A stretch of DNA of 64,000 bases from a virus, in IMG/VR virus record IMGVR_UViG_3300037325_000137, positions 1-64,000 of that record; one strand, 5' to 3'. The position numbers were made by a program, and so were the translations under genes. Positions 48,893 through 58,155 of this stretch are shown piece by piece; the stretch's first letter is position 1; each line of letters opens with the position of its first letter. The notes under the pieces are model-generated. The model saw only the letters and a program-made list of their open reading frames with translations, made no database searches and was not told the origin of the DNA.

Positions 48893-49264
48893 TTATTTAT
48901 TATTAGAGTTGTTTTTATTGTGAATTTTATCGCTAATACCTTTAATGCTTTTAGGATCTATATCGTAAGCCATAATAATTTCTTGAATAACGGTAAAGTC
49001 ATTAAACAATTTTTTATGAATACAAGCTTCAATAAAAGATATAGAGTTATGAGATAGTTTATTGCTAACATCATTATCATCTATGTTTTCTATCTTATCG
49101 TAGTATTCTTTTTCTACTTTTTTAAGAGCTTCTATTGCACTCTTGACCTTGTACTTCAAGTCCTTTTTAAATATGCTTGTGTGGCTTACTTCTTCTAGGT
49201 AGTGTAAAGCTACAAAGGATGATATTATTGCACCAGAAGCTTGCTCTAAATCTTTTTTATTCAT
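48893..49264 (-). CDS. Hypothetical protein
   Basis: ORF. Confidence 0.6.
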   Translation of the reverse strand: MNKKDLEQASGAIISSFVALHYLEEVSHTSIFKKDLKYKVKSAIEALKKVEKEYYDKIENIDDNDVSNKLSHNSISFIEACIHKKLFNDFTVIQEIIMAYDIDPKSIKGISDKIHNKNNSNNK

Positions 49265-49296
49265 TTTTTTTATTTGTTCCGTTGTAAAATGTTATT

Positions 49297-49689
49297 TTAA
49301 ATATTAGTTTCATTCTCTATTTTATTAAATTTATCAATTCCCTTTTGGAGTTTTTTTATACTTTCTTTATGTGTAGAAATATCAGATTCATACTTTGTTC
49401 TTATTACTTTAAAGAAGTCCTCTAAAGCTTTTTGTTTTTGACTAACATCTATAATTAAACAGTAATTAAAAGCGCAGTAGTAGTTATCATTTTTACAGTA
49501 ATAAGTCCACGTTTCTTTTTTTATACTGTGAGTTCCTTTAAAAAATCTGCATTCATCAAAGTATTCTATATTAACACTAATATCAGGTTCTTTAGTAGTA
49601 TCAAATCTTTCGTATTTTAAGAAACTTACCGTTTGTTTAGTTGTAATAAGTATTACTTCTTTTTTTATTGTTTCAGCTTTTTTAGACAT
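49297..49689 (-). CDS. Hypothetical protein
   Basis: ORF. Confidence 0.6.
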   Translation of the reverse strand: MSKKAETIKKEVILITTKQTVSFLKYERFDTTKEPDISVNIEYFDECRFFKGTHSIKKETWTYYCKNDNYYCAFNYCLIIDVSQKQKALEDFFKVIRTKYESDISTHKESIKKLQKGIDKFNKIENETNI

Positions 49690-49707
49690 AATTTTTGTTT
49701 TTATTTA

Positions 49708-49941
49708 TTAATATGTTTTTATTTCTGTTCCTATTCTTTCAAAAGACTCTCTAATATTAGCTCTGTGTTGTCTTATCCACTTTCTTAGATAAAACTCTTC
49801 ATTTTCCGTTAATTGAGAAACCCCTACAATGCCTTTATTGGTTTTCTGTAAGGTTATCTCTTTATTGTCGGATCTGATTATGTAGAACGTTCTATTATCG
49901 CTTAAAGAATTGGTTATGTGAAATTCTAGTTGTTTAGCCAT
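49708..49941 (-). CDS. Hypothetical protein
   Basis: ORF. Confidence 0.55.
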   Translation of the reverse strand: MAKQLEFHITNSLSDNRTFYIIRSDNKEITLQKTNKGIVGVSQLTENEEFYLRKWIRQHRANIRESFERIGTEIKTY

Positions 49942-50245
49942 TATTTAAGTTTTTGTAAAAAGAACAATTTATTCCCCCATTAATTATAGAGTAATCAAAA
50001 ATAGATTTTAAATGAAAAAATACAATTATTCTTTTTTCAATTTCTTCATATGTTGATTTTGGTTTTAAAAAACCACATGAAACTAGACCATCTATATCAA
50101 AGGACAAATCAATATACCGTTTTTTGTCTTTTGATTTTAAAGCATTGATCAAGTCGTACATGTCTTGACACCTTTCATAATGTTCTAATTGCTCTAATTT
50201 ATTTAGATGTTGTTCGCATTGAAGTATGTATTGATTTATTGTCAT
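49934..50245 (-). CDS. Hypothetical protein (UVR-like N-terminal motif)
   Basis: EHYERCQDMYDLI. Confidence 0.5.
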   Translation of the reverse strand: MTINQYILQCEQHLNKLEQLEHYERCQDMYDLINALKSKDKKRYIDLSFDIDGLVSCGFLKPKSTYEEIEKRIIVFFHLKSIFDYSIINGGINCSFYKNLNNG

Positions 50246-50691
50246 TATTCAAAACCTATTTTAACTTGTTTTTTTGGTAAAGGAACTTCTACGTTGAAGT
50301 ATTCCAAGATGAACTCTCTGCATCTTGTGTGGTAAGTTTCTTGTTGCTTAGTGTTGTTTGCACTAGACCTTCTTACTTTTCTAAGAATCTCGCCTGTAGC
50401 TTCATTTACTAACTCTTCGTAATTAAAGTTAGATAAAAGAAATTCATGAGTTTCTGATTTACTCCATATCTCTCCCCATTCATTTTTTATGCAATTCTGC
50501 ATGATTGGAATTATAACTGGAAAGTAATACCCTAACTGCTTATTGCTTTTTTCATTCCTTTTTTTATGAAATGTTATGTGTATTAAACAATCATCCCATG
50601 CGCTACAAAAGCCTTTGATAACATCTAAGTTAGTAGTAAACTTACCGTTTTTAAGCCATGTAGTTAACTCAATTTTATTTGGTGCTTTCAT
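50245..50691 (-). CDS. NinB-like recombination protein
   Basis: KSNKQLGYYF...HEFL...RSSA....Q...Y pattern. Confidence 0.6.
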   Translation of the reverse strand: MKAPNKIELTTWLKNGKFTTNLDVIKGFCSAWDDCLIHITFHKKRNEKSNKQLGYYFPVIIPIMQNCIKNEWGEIWSKSETHEFLLSNFNYEELVNEATGEILRKVRRSSANNTKQQETYHTRCREFILEYFNVEVPLPKKQVKIGFE

Positions 50692-50950
50692 CTATAAATT
50701 TTTGATTAATTTCAAATAGATCACATATACCTTTGCATAGTTTTGATCTTCTCCAAGCGCACACAAATAAATACTCTTTTACAATTTTATCTTTAGAGTT
50801 TTCTTTTTTTATATCTCTTGTCATCGGATCATGCCCTTTACTACTAGGGCATTTATTACAACATGATTTGTGTATTTGTGTATTTCTATTAGGGAACAAA
50901 ACATCTAGCTCTTGCTCTTTTTGTAAAAAGCTTTCTATTTCAGTATTCAC
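50675..50950 (-). CDS. Cys-rich hypothetical protein
   Basis: CCNKC, CAW, CKGIC. Confidence 0.55.
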   Translation of the reverse strand: MNTEIESFLQKEQELDVLFPNRNTQIHKSCCNKCPSSKGHDPMTRDIKKENSKDKIVKEYLFVCAWRRSKLCKGICDLFEINQKFIDESTK

Positions 50951-51306
50951 GACTCCAAAGTATTTACATCTATTGCTAGTCCTTTTTCTATTAATCCGAA
51001 GACGTCGAAGTGGTTTTTAAATAAAAGTTCAATTTTATAATATGCGTTTAGCTGAATTAATGATAATGATTTATATTCATAATCAATAGGCTCACCATGT
51101 TCATCTTTTACATTGGAATTTATCAAATCAGATAAAGGTCTTAGTATTGGTTTAAATATAGTTGCTGACTTTAAAAAATAATCTGAAAATAATTGATTAC
51201 TTAATTTTTTTATAGTATTTACTTTATAATTCCTGTTTGTATTTATGATCTTAATATTTACATCGTATGGTAAATAAGGCGCTAAGTGTTTTAATTCTAG
51301 TTTCAT
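50947..51306 (-). CDS. Hypothetical phage protein (paralogue of the next gene)
   Basis: LAPYLPY...KPILRPLSDL...HFDVFGLIEKGLA. Confidence 0.7.
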   Translation of the reverse strand: MKLELKHLAPYLPYDVNIKIINTNRNYKVNTIKKLSNQLFSDYFLKSATIFKPILRPLSDLINSNVKDEHGEPIDYEYKSLSLIQLNAYYKIELLFKNHFDVFGLIEKGLAIDVNTLES

Positions 51307-51713
51307 AATGTTTGTTTTATATCTGTTGCTAAACCTTTTTCAATTAAGCCGAATAAGTCTGCGTGTTTAGATAATAATTTTATGTAATCGTGATGCAGTA
51401 GGTATCTTATATCAAAGTTTTCAGCATACCAAAATTCACTATGATAACCAGCACTAATCATATCTGAAAAGCTAACCCCATCTACATCTTCGTAAAAATC
51501 AGATAGAGGGTTTAATATTAGTTTAATTTCAGTAGTAGATTTACCTGTGCTACCACCTTCATATGTAAAATGTACCTTACCATTTAAAAAATAAAAACCA
51601 TTAAGTGTAGAGTATTCAATACCTACATAATCAGACTTGTGGTTTAATATTTTTACCTTTATTTTAAAAGGAAGGTATGTTATTATTTGTTTTTCTAGTT
51701 CTGTCATGATCAA
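51303..51713 (-). CDS. Hypothetical phage protein (paralogue of the previous gene)
   Basis: YLPF...LILNPLSD...HADLFGLIEKGLA. Confidence 0.7.
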   Translation of the reverse strand: MIMTELEKQIITYLPFKIKVKILNHKSDYVGIEYSTLNGFYFLNGKVHFTYEGGSTGKSTTEIKLILNPLSDFYEDVDGVSFSDMISAGYHSEFWYAENFDIRYLLHHDYIKLLSKHADLFGLIEKGLATDIKQTL

Positions 51714-51821
51714 TTGTTTTTTTCATATCCATCACATACTTGACAATAGATAGGTGTTTTGTGATAAGGGCAATAATCCACTATTCCGTTATCGCAATGT
51801 GGATTATCACACTCTTGTTTT

Positions 51822-53129
51822 TTATTCATTTATGATTTCGTAAGTAATATCACCACCTTCCCAATCTGGCTTTTCTACAAGTAGTTGATAGCCATTTTCA
51901 GTAGACCAAGACAAAACTTCATTTAAAGAGTTTTTATCTAAGAAGCTACAATCAAAATGCAAAGCTTTTATATCCCCAATAACTAAAGCTCCTAACTTTA
52001 ATGCTGCTATGTATTTAGAGCTTGTAGATATTTGGCTAGTAGATAATGGAAAGCCATTATATAGCAAGTTGTTATCTTCTGAAATAGTAAACTCCTTTGG
52101 CATATTAGCATTGGCAACTAGATTAGCTTTTTGCTCTAGTATTGATTTAAGATTATCCTCATGTAATTGAGTATTAGCTTTAGCTTGTAAACCTTCTTTT
52201 CTCCAATCATTAAATGTTTTAACGTCACTAGAGTAGACGTTATATTTTTCTAGTTTTTTATAAACATCTTCTATTTCTTGATCTATTTCTTGAAGACTAT
52301 TGTAAGCTGGTTGATCTAAACTGGTTAATTGCTTAGTAGGTTTAGGCTCTGGCACTTCTTTAAGTAAGTCCTCCATCCCTTTAAAATCTATAAAAGAACC
52401 TACAACACTTCCTTCATATTCTTTTAGATTCGAAATAGATTTGCTTATAAACTGAATTGATTTTCTAAGTTTTTCTTGAACATCGTTAAACTCTAATGTT
52501 TCTTTTTGATGCTCTTCATTTTCTTTAGTCCATTTGTCTTGTAAATCCTTATTAGACTTGATTAAAGCTTCTTTCTTTTCTTTAACACCATCTAAGTCGG
52601 GTTTGGATCTTTCGATTGGCTTGGTGTAATCGAAAGCTCTTAATCTTTTCAACTCTCTATTGGCATCTGCTCTTAAGTCGTATTGCTCTTTATAATCAGC
52701 ATCTAGTCTAGATGTGTCTACACCTAGAATCTCTAAAACTTTTTCGGTCTGTTTAGTGGACGAGCTGGCTATGAAGTCATCTATGCTAAATTTTTTACCA
52801 AAGTATCTTTCTCCGATAGCCTTTAGTACACCTGTGGTCATTTTGATACCTTCTTTTGTTGTAAAGGTAAAAGACTCTGTTTTTTCCGTAAAGCTCCACT
52901 TAATAACAGATCCGTCAGTAAGTTCCATTTCATTAAAGCCTTTGCTTTCTCCTTCTTTTACAATAACAGGAGGTTTAACAGATTGAAATCTATCTATTAA
53001 GCCTTTTAAAATACTTGACTTACCTTGATTATTTGCAGCAACCATCATTATTGATTGACCATCTAGGATAACTTCTTTTTGAGAAATCGCTTTAAAATTT
53101 TCGACTCTAATTGTTTTGATCTTTGACAT
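51822..53129 (-). CDS. SMC/Rad50-like AAA ATPase
   Basis: IRVENFK, Walker A ANNQGKSS, central coiled coil, degenerate signature and Walker B. Confidence 0.75.
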   Translation of the reverse strand: MSKIKTIRVENFKAISQKEVILDGQSIMMVAANNQGKSSILKGLIDRFQSVKPPVIVKEGESKGFNEMELTDGSVIKWSFTEKTESFTFTTKEGIKMTTGVLKAIGERYFGKKFSIDDFIASSSTKQTEKVLEILGVDTSRLDADYKEQYDLRADANRELKRLRAFDYTKPIERSKPDLDGVKEKKEALIKSNKDLQDKWTKENEEHQKETLEFNDVQEKLRKSIQFISKSISNLKEYEGSVVGSFIDFKGMEDLLKEVPEPKPTKQLTSLDQPAYNSLQEIDQEIEDVYKKLEKYNVYSSDVKTFNDWRKEGLQAKANTQLHEDNLKSILEQKANLVANANMPKEFTISEDNNLLYNGFPLSTSQISTSSKYIAALKLGALVIGDIKALHFDCSFLDKNSLNEVLSWSTENGYQLLVEKPDWEGGDITYEIINE

Positions 53130-53130
53130 T

Positions 53131-53886
53131 TTATTTGTTTTTATAATTTCCGTTTAACATATCAAAACCTTTTAAGTCTTGAACCTCGTAGTGTTTCCAT
53201 TCTTCTTCTAAAACAATACTTATTTTTCTAGTTACAGTCCATCCAGATTTTTCTAGCATCTGTTCTTGAATGCGTAGTTGTAGAGCCAACTTAGATAGTT
53301 TACTAGTGGCAAGGGTTATTTCTTGTGGCAAGTTTTTGAAATTTGTAGTACCATGATCATCAAAATTTACATTTACCTTATAATCAACCAAAATACATTC
53401 TTTTCTATCTTGATCTGTGACAATTAAATTATCAACTAAGGCACAAACATCATTTTCTACATCAGAAACTAAAGATTCTGGAAAGGATTGACCTCTTAAG
53501 CCTAGATTTTTTGCGTAAATAAAAAAGTCTTTTACTATGGCTTTAATAATTGGGTGCTTTATATTAAAACACCTTTCTCCATTCTTTTTTAAGTTACGTC
53601 TATAAAGTAGTTCGTATTCAATTGCTTCATGAATAGCAGTTCCAAAACCTCTAGCAATGTTTCCGCTTAATTCCCAAGCTTTTTCAATAGTTTCTTTTGG
53701 TATTTGCCAATTTACCTCACACCTATCTGCAACCTCTTCTGAATCAAATTCTTCTATATATCGTTTTGAGAACGTAGTAGCACCGCTTAGTATTCTATCT
53801 TTATAAACGTATCTATGATCTATTGGATCAAAGTTTATAATCAAGTCCTCGTTAAAGGACTTGATGTTGTTTTTCTCTAGTAGCAT
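53131..53886 (-). CDS. PD-(D/E)XK exonuclease
   Basis: GTAIHE, ES.V, VD, ILVDYK, LQL motifs. Confidence 0.75.
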   Translation of the reverse strand: MLLEKNNIKSFNEDLIINFDPIDHRYVYKDRILSGATTFSKRYIEEFDSEEVADRCEVNWQIPKETIEKAWELSGNIARGFGTAIHEAIEYELLYRRNLKKNGERCFNIKHPIIKAIVKDFFIYAKNLGLRGQSFPESLVSDVENDVCALVDNLIVTDQDRKECILVDYKVNVNFDDHGTTNFKNLPQEITLATSKLSKLALQLRIQEQMLEKSGWTVTRKISIVLEEEWKHYEVQDLKGFDMLNGNYKNK

Positions 53887-53889
53887 ATC

Positions 53890-54318
53890 TTAATCTTTAG
53901 AAGCACTTACTTTAAGATAACCTTTACCAAATTTTATTATTGGCATAGGTAATATTTCACCGTCTGTTGTTACATTACTATTTGTGTTTCCAGAAATAAA
54001 ACTGTCGTGCATTCGTTTATATTTTGTTTCCATGTCTTTCACGTAATCTTTAGCACTCATAACTTCTGGAACACCGCTATAATCGTAAGTTTTTCTACCA
54101 GAAACCAAAGTAACCTTGAAACCTCTGTAGCCGTTAGGGTGTTCGTTTGCTTGATTAGCTATATCTTCTGCGTTTTCTGTCTCAAACTGTTTAACAGCTC
54201 CTAGAATAAGGTCTGCTGTAGTTTTAAGTTCACGTAAATCGATAAGGGCATCAAGTTCAGATAACATACCGTCATCTACTTTTTGTACTGTGTCTTGTAA
54301 TTGTTGTAATAAATTCAT
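53890..54318 (-). CDS. Hypothetical phage protein
   Basis: GRKTYDYS and TTDGEILP motifs. Confidence 0.65.
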   Translation of the reverse strand: MNLLQQLQDTVQKVDDGMLSELDALIDLRELKTTADLILGAVKQFETENAEDIANQANEHPNGYRGFKVTLVSGRKTYDYSGVPEVMSAKDYVKDMETKYKRMHDSFISGNTNSNVTTDGEILPMPIIKFGKGYLKVSASKD

Positions 54319-54597
54319 AGTTTTTAGTTTTAAATTTTAGTCTCTGCAATTTTCTTTTAAATCTGCCTTGGCACATGAAGTAGAGCAAAAATCTTCTGCC
54401 GTTGGTGTACCACAATAGCTACAAGTATTATCGTGTTCAACTTCATCAAAATATTCTTGATCGTCTAAGTCTCTTGTTTCTGGCATAATTAATCTTTTCT
54501 AAATGTTGGTCTTTCTTGCTCTTGAACCCAATCCAAATAAACTTCGTTATCATTTATTTGTGAGCTTTCAAACTCTCTTTGGTCATGGTGTAACTCT

Positions 54598-54810
54598 TTA
54601 CTTCCTTTCATGATCGTATAGTGATTTAAGCCTTAAATAAAAAGGCGTGAATGTTTTTTTACCGCTATTAGCTAAAAGTATTTCTAAATGAGAATCAACA
54701 AACTTTTTCTTGTTAACTACAACTGTTGCTTCGTTTAGATTAAATGGTTCTGAATCTAATTCATGAGTCTTAAAAAACTCTACCATTTCTTTGAAGTCAG
54801 TATTACTCAA
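54598..54810 (-). CDS. Hypothetical protein
   Basis: KFVDSHL...PFYLRL. Confidence 0.6.
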   Translation of the reverse strand: MSNTDFKEMVEFFKTHELDSEPFNLNEATVVVNKKKFVDSHLEILLANSGKKTFTPFYLRLKSLYDHERK

Positions 54811-55456
54811 CTCCTTTTTTTAAATTATCAATTCTAATAGTTATTTGATTTCTTTGATCTTCTGTTAGATCATAATAAGATATAGAAGACTCTAATGCTT
54901 TAATATCTTTAGATACTATAACATTGTTTTGAAACGTAGTATCTGGAAGCTTTGGCTTATTAGCTACTAGTGTTGGTGCTTGTTTTGGTAGCTGGTGGTC
55001 GTTTGAGTGTGTAGCCTCTGTGTCGTCTATTTTCCCTACAGGCGTTAAGAAAGCATATAGCAAACAGTTCTTTAAAGCGTAAGTGGTTGCTTTTCCAGCT
55101 CCTTTATCTTGTGGGTCTACTCCATGTCCATATCCTGCTAAAACTTGACTCTCGCCAGAAGTGTGAAGTAATAAATACTTAGTTGTCACCTTAGTAAATA
55201 CTGATTGCTTTTGCTTAATACTAGTTACACCGTTCCAAACTTCTTCTTGATCCCATCTATCAATTTGAGTAGACTCTTCAATCCCGATTGGTAGAATACA
55301 AAGACCGTTTCTAACTAAAGCATCGTTAAAAATCTCTTTTACATCCGAGTCCTTAGTGCCATTATATGCTGAATTACCCTTTCCTACTTTACTGTTTTTC
55401 TCCATGCCCTTAACTTCTGACATTACCGCTACAATAGCTTCTGCTAAATTTTTCAT
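54803..55456 (-). CDS. erf: ERF-family ssDNA-annealing protein
   Basis: LLHTSGE...G.D.QDKGAGKATTYALK..L...F....DD. Confidence 0.85.
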   Translation of the reverse strand: MKNLAEAIVAVMSEVKGMEKNSKVGKGNSAYNGTKDSDVKEIFNDALVRNGLCILPIGIEESTQIDRWDQEEVWNGVTSIKQKQSVFTKVTTKYLLLHTSGESQVLAGYGHGVDPQDKGAGKATTYALKNCLLYAFLTPVGKIDDTEATHSNDHQLPKQAPTLVANKPKLPDTTFQNNVIVSKDIKALESSISYYDLTEDQRNQITIRIDNLKKGVE

Positions 55457-55458
55457 AT

Positions 55459-55701
55459 TTACTTTAGTTTTTTATAAGTTACAAATGATTCTAATTGTTG
55501 AGTAAACTTTTTACTCTCTATGACACCTTCCCAAAGATCATTAATTTGATCTGTTGTATATTCATTTCTGAATTTATCTATAAAACCTATTTTGTCGCTA
55601 TCATTTTTAGCTCCTATATTTTTTAATTCTAGCCTACAAGCTTTGACTCTATTTATTAGATCACTCATTTTATATGTTGTTAATATTAAATCCATTATCA
55701 A
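55459..55701 (-). CDS. Hypothetical protein
   Basis: ORF. Confidence 0.5.
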   Translation of the reverse strand: MIMDLILTTYKMSDLINRVKACRLELKNIGAKNDSDKIGFIDKFRNEYTTDQINDLWEGVIESKKFTQQLESFVTYKKLK

Positions 55702-55924
55702 TTAATAATTCCCCTGTAATCTTTGTGTAAAGCAACACGGATGCTTCTTTGAAAGCATTTTTTCTTACCTCATTATCCGTGTTATCTGCTTCATTAAGCA
55801 TTGAGTGAAATAAAAGTAAGTTACTTTCATAAGATATTGCGGTTACAATAAGATCTTGAATCCAAATATTAATGATTGGATATTTAGGAAGTGTTATATC
55901 AATGTAAGGTGTCCATTTAGTCAT
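55670..55924 (-). CDS. Hypothetical protein
   Basis: ORF. Confidence 0.5.
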   Translation of the reverse strand: MTKWTPYIDITLPKYPIINIWIQDLIVTAISYESNLLLFHSMLNEADNTDNEVRKNAFKEASVLLYTKITGELLIDNGFNINNI

Positions 55925-56090
55925 GACTTTCTTATTATGTTGTTTAACTTAGTCTCAACAAGATTGTTGAACGATCTGTTTTCTTTATTAGCCATTGATT
56001 TAAGCTCTTCTATTAGAACCACATCAAGCCTAAGACTAACGTGTTTTTTTGTTGCTGATGTTTTCATATCTTTTTTTTAAAGTGTTAGGT

Positions 56091-56098
56091 CAAATATA
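56091..56098 (-). promoter_or_regulatory. Bacteroidota -7 promoter element heading the recombination/replication operon
   Basis: TATATTTG (TAnnTTTG consensus) in an intergenic gap; the same motif occurs at 8553, 21671, 33129, 33241, 38769, 38879, 40093, 48406, 48879. Confidence 0.65.
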
Positions 56099-56190
56099 CA
56101 TTGTATCTTTTTATCCCACAAATTTTTTACTGTTAAAATTAGTAATTACACTAATAAAAGTTGATATAATTTAAGTTATTTGTGTGCGGT

Positions 56191-56712
56191 TTACTTATCG
56201 TTAAGATGTTTTTCTAGGAATAAGCACATATCTTTTACGAGAATAGCTTTGTGATGTTTGTCTTTTATTTTTGACTTTTGCTTGTAGGGTATGTGAAAGT
56301 TGTAAAACTGTTCAGAATCTTTATCGTAGTAGATATGACACTTAGGTTCTATAAGTCTATTGATCTTAATAGATTTTTCGTCTTCAAATATTTTATGGGT
56401 TTTTAACTCCCAATTATTATTTAAAGTGATTTTTAGATTTGCAAACTGTATAATTCTAGAAATATCATCAACTATTGATTCAGAAAATATAATTTCTAGT
56501 AGATCCCTATTTACCTTTGTATTCTCTATGATTTCATCAAGGCTTATATTTTCGTCTTTAAATCGTTTCTTAGCCACTTCAAAAATAAACGACAAACTAG
56601 ACTCTCTTTGAATTTTTACTCTCGTGTTTGTCTTTCTGGACTTGTTTCTTGCTACTTCAAGCTTTCTGTAATATTCATCTTGAAAATTAATTTCATTTAT
56701 CTTGTTTTTCAT
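56191..56712 (-). CDS. Hypothetical protein
   Basis: ORF downstream of the integrase. Confidence 0.6.
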   Translation of the reverse strand: MKNKINEINFQDEYYRKLEVARNKSRKTNTRVKIQRESSLSFIFEVAKKRFKDENISLDEIIENTKVNRDLLEIIFSESIVDDISRIIQFANLKITLNNNWELKTHKIFEDEKSIKINRLIEPKCHIYYDKDSEQFYNFHIPYKQKSKIKDKHHKAILVKDMCLFLEKHLNDK

Positions 56713-56941
56713 AAAAATCGATTATTGAATTGTGAGCCTTTAATATTTTAATTAGATTCATATAAGTGCTATTATCTTGTGTTTCTTTTATAAATATTTC
56801 TAAGAACTCTTTGTGAGTAATAGGCTTGTAATTTATAAAGAAATCATATTTAAGACTAGGATTAGATGTGATTATATTTCCTATTTCTTGAATATTGTAG
56901 GATTTAAACCTGTGACCTAAATTATTTCTAATTTTATACAT
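56693..56941 (-). CDS. Hypothetical protein translationally coupled to the integrase
   Basis: ATG overlaps the integrase stop codon. Confidence 0.6.
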   Translation of the reverse strand: MYKIRNNLGHRFKSYNIQEIGNIITSNPSLKYDFFINYKPITHKEFLEIFIKETQDNSTYMNLIKILKAHNSIIDFYEKQDK

Positions 56942-57750
56942 TAAATAGGCATTTGAATTTTGCTTAAATGATTTTTTGAAACGTGGGTGTAAATTTCAGT
57001 TGTCTTAGAGCTTTGATGCCCCGCAATAGATTGGATTATCCTTAAATCAGTACCTCCCTCTAGTAAGTGAGTGAAGCAACTATGCCTAAGCTGATGCATA
57101 TAAGCATCTTCTTTAATATACTTTTTAATTATTTTATTACAAGATGTGGCTGAATACTGTAAAGAAGACTGACCGTTAAAAAGATATTCTTTTGGTCTAT
57201 GTTTTTTAAAGTAATCCCTAAGTGTTTTTAGTAGCCCATTAGACAAAGGAACAACTCTATCTTTCTTGCCTTTAGCTTGAATTATATGAATCAATCCTCT
57301 ATTTGAATCAATGTTTTCTATTTTCAGATTTATTATTTCTGAAACCCTTAATCCGCAACTATATGCTGCGGATAAAATAGCTTTATGTTTCATGTTTTTT
57401 ATAGATAATATTTTTTCTGTAAGAATTTTTTTATCTATTATTTGGGGTAGCTTTTTTTCTTTTCTAGGTCTTGAAAAATCTACTTTATCGTATTTTTTAT
57501 TCAGAACTTTTTTGTAAAGAAACTTGATTGAGCTTATTATTTGATTTTGTTGCGATATAGAGCTGAAATTATAATTTTCTAAATAAGATTTAAAATCATT
57601 ACTATCTAGCTTAGAAGGAGACTTTTTATTGACTCTTAAAAATTCTTCAACGTAATAACTATATATTTTTACAGTATTTTTACTGTAGTTAAAATAGTTC
57701 AATTTTGAAATGAAATTCTGCAGAAAAGTGTGTTTAGTTTTGCTTAACAT
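56941..57750 (-). CDS. Tyrosine recombinase, integron-integrase-like but lacking the IntI insertion
   Basis: SAM-like N-terminus (YSKNTVKIY); catalytic R (GLRVSE), K (KGKKDR), HQLRH, GH, Y (TTEIYTHV); 269 aa. Confidence 0.9.
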   Translation of the reverse strand: MLSKTKHTFLQNFISKLNYFNYSKNTVKIYSYYVEEFLRVNKKSPSKLDSNDFKSYLENYNFSSISQQNQIISSIKFLYKKVLNKKYDKVDFSRPRKEKKLPQIIDKKILTEKILSIKNMKHKAILSAAYSCGLRVSEIINLKIENIDSNRGLIHIIQAKGKKDRVVPLSNGLLKTLRDYFKKHRPKEYLFNGQSSLQYSATSCNKIIKKYIKEDAYMHQLRHSCFTHLLEGGTDLRIIQSIAGHQSSKTTEIYTHVSKNHLSKIQMPI

Positions 57751-57799
57751 ATTGATTTATATTGATTTGTTAGTTATGGTTGATATATAGTAGTTAGCA
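57751..57799 (+). other. attI-like site
   Basis: ATTGATTT direct repeats (57751, 57761) and GATATATAGTA-G|TT at 57793 where the first cassette begins; no hairpin. Confidence 0.6.
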
Positions 57800-58084
57800 A
57801 ACATTATTCAAATAATCACAGTACATTTTTGCCTGTTCTTCGCTATGTATAAAGAACACTACCTCTATACCTTTGCCATCGAGTACCGCTTTACCTTGTT
57901 TTCTGCCAACTCTAAAAGGTGGTGTATATTTATTAGCATCATAACGTTTGCTAACACCAGATAAAATTAATGCCTCGTCTACTGCATTTTTAATAAGTCC
58001 TATACATTCTTCTTTTGCTAATGAAGTTCCTACCCAACTTTTTAAATTTTGTGCATGTTTATCAATTATTTGCTCTTTAGTCAT
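57794..58084 (-). CDS. Cassette 1 hypothetical protein
   Basis: Starts in the attC1 loop; stop lies in the GTTA core. Confidence 0.7.
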   Translation of the reverse strand: MTKEQIIDKHAQNLKSWVGTSLAKEECIGLIKNAVDEALILSGVSKRYDANKYTPPFRVGRKQGKAVLDGKGIEVVFFIHSEEQAKMYCDYLNNVC

Positions 58085-58147
58085 TGTCTATTTATTTAAT
58101 TATTGTTATTATTTATCGGCACTAATCTTATCTGCGGTACGTTAGCT
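57949..58147 (+). repeat. attC-like site 1
   Basis: TGCTAAC-ACC-AGATAAAATTAATGCC ... GGCACTAATCTTATCT-GCGGTAC-GTTAGCT. Confidence 0.8.
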
Positions 58148-58155
58148 ACAAGTGC

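Noticed and set aside
56941-57750. Prophage integrase marking a host junction
   Set aside because: Phage-like genes lie on both sides, no host genes or attL/attR are visible, and the cassette array starts right at its 5' end; a lysogeny role is not excluded
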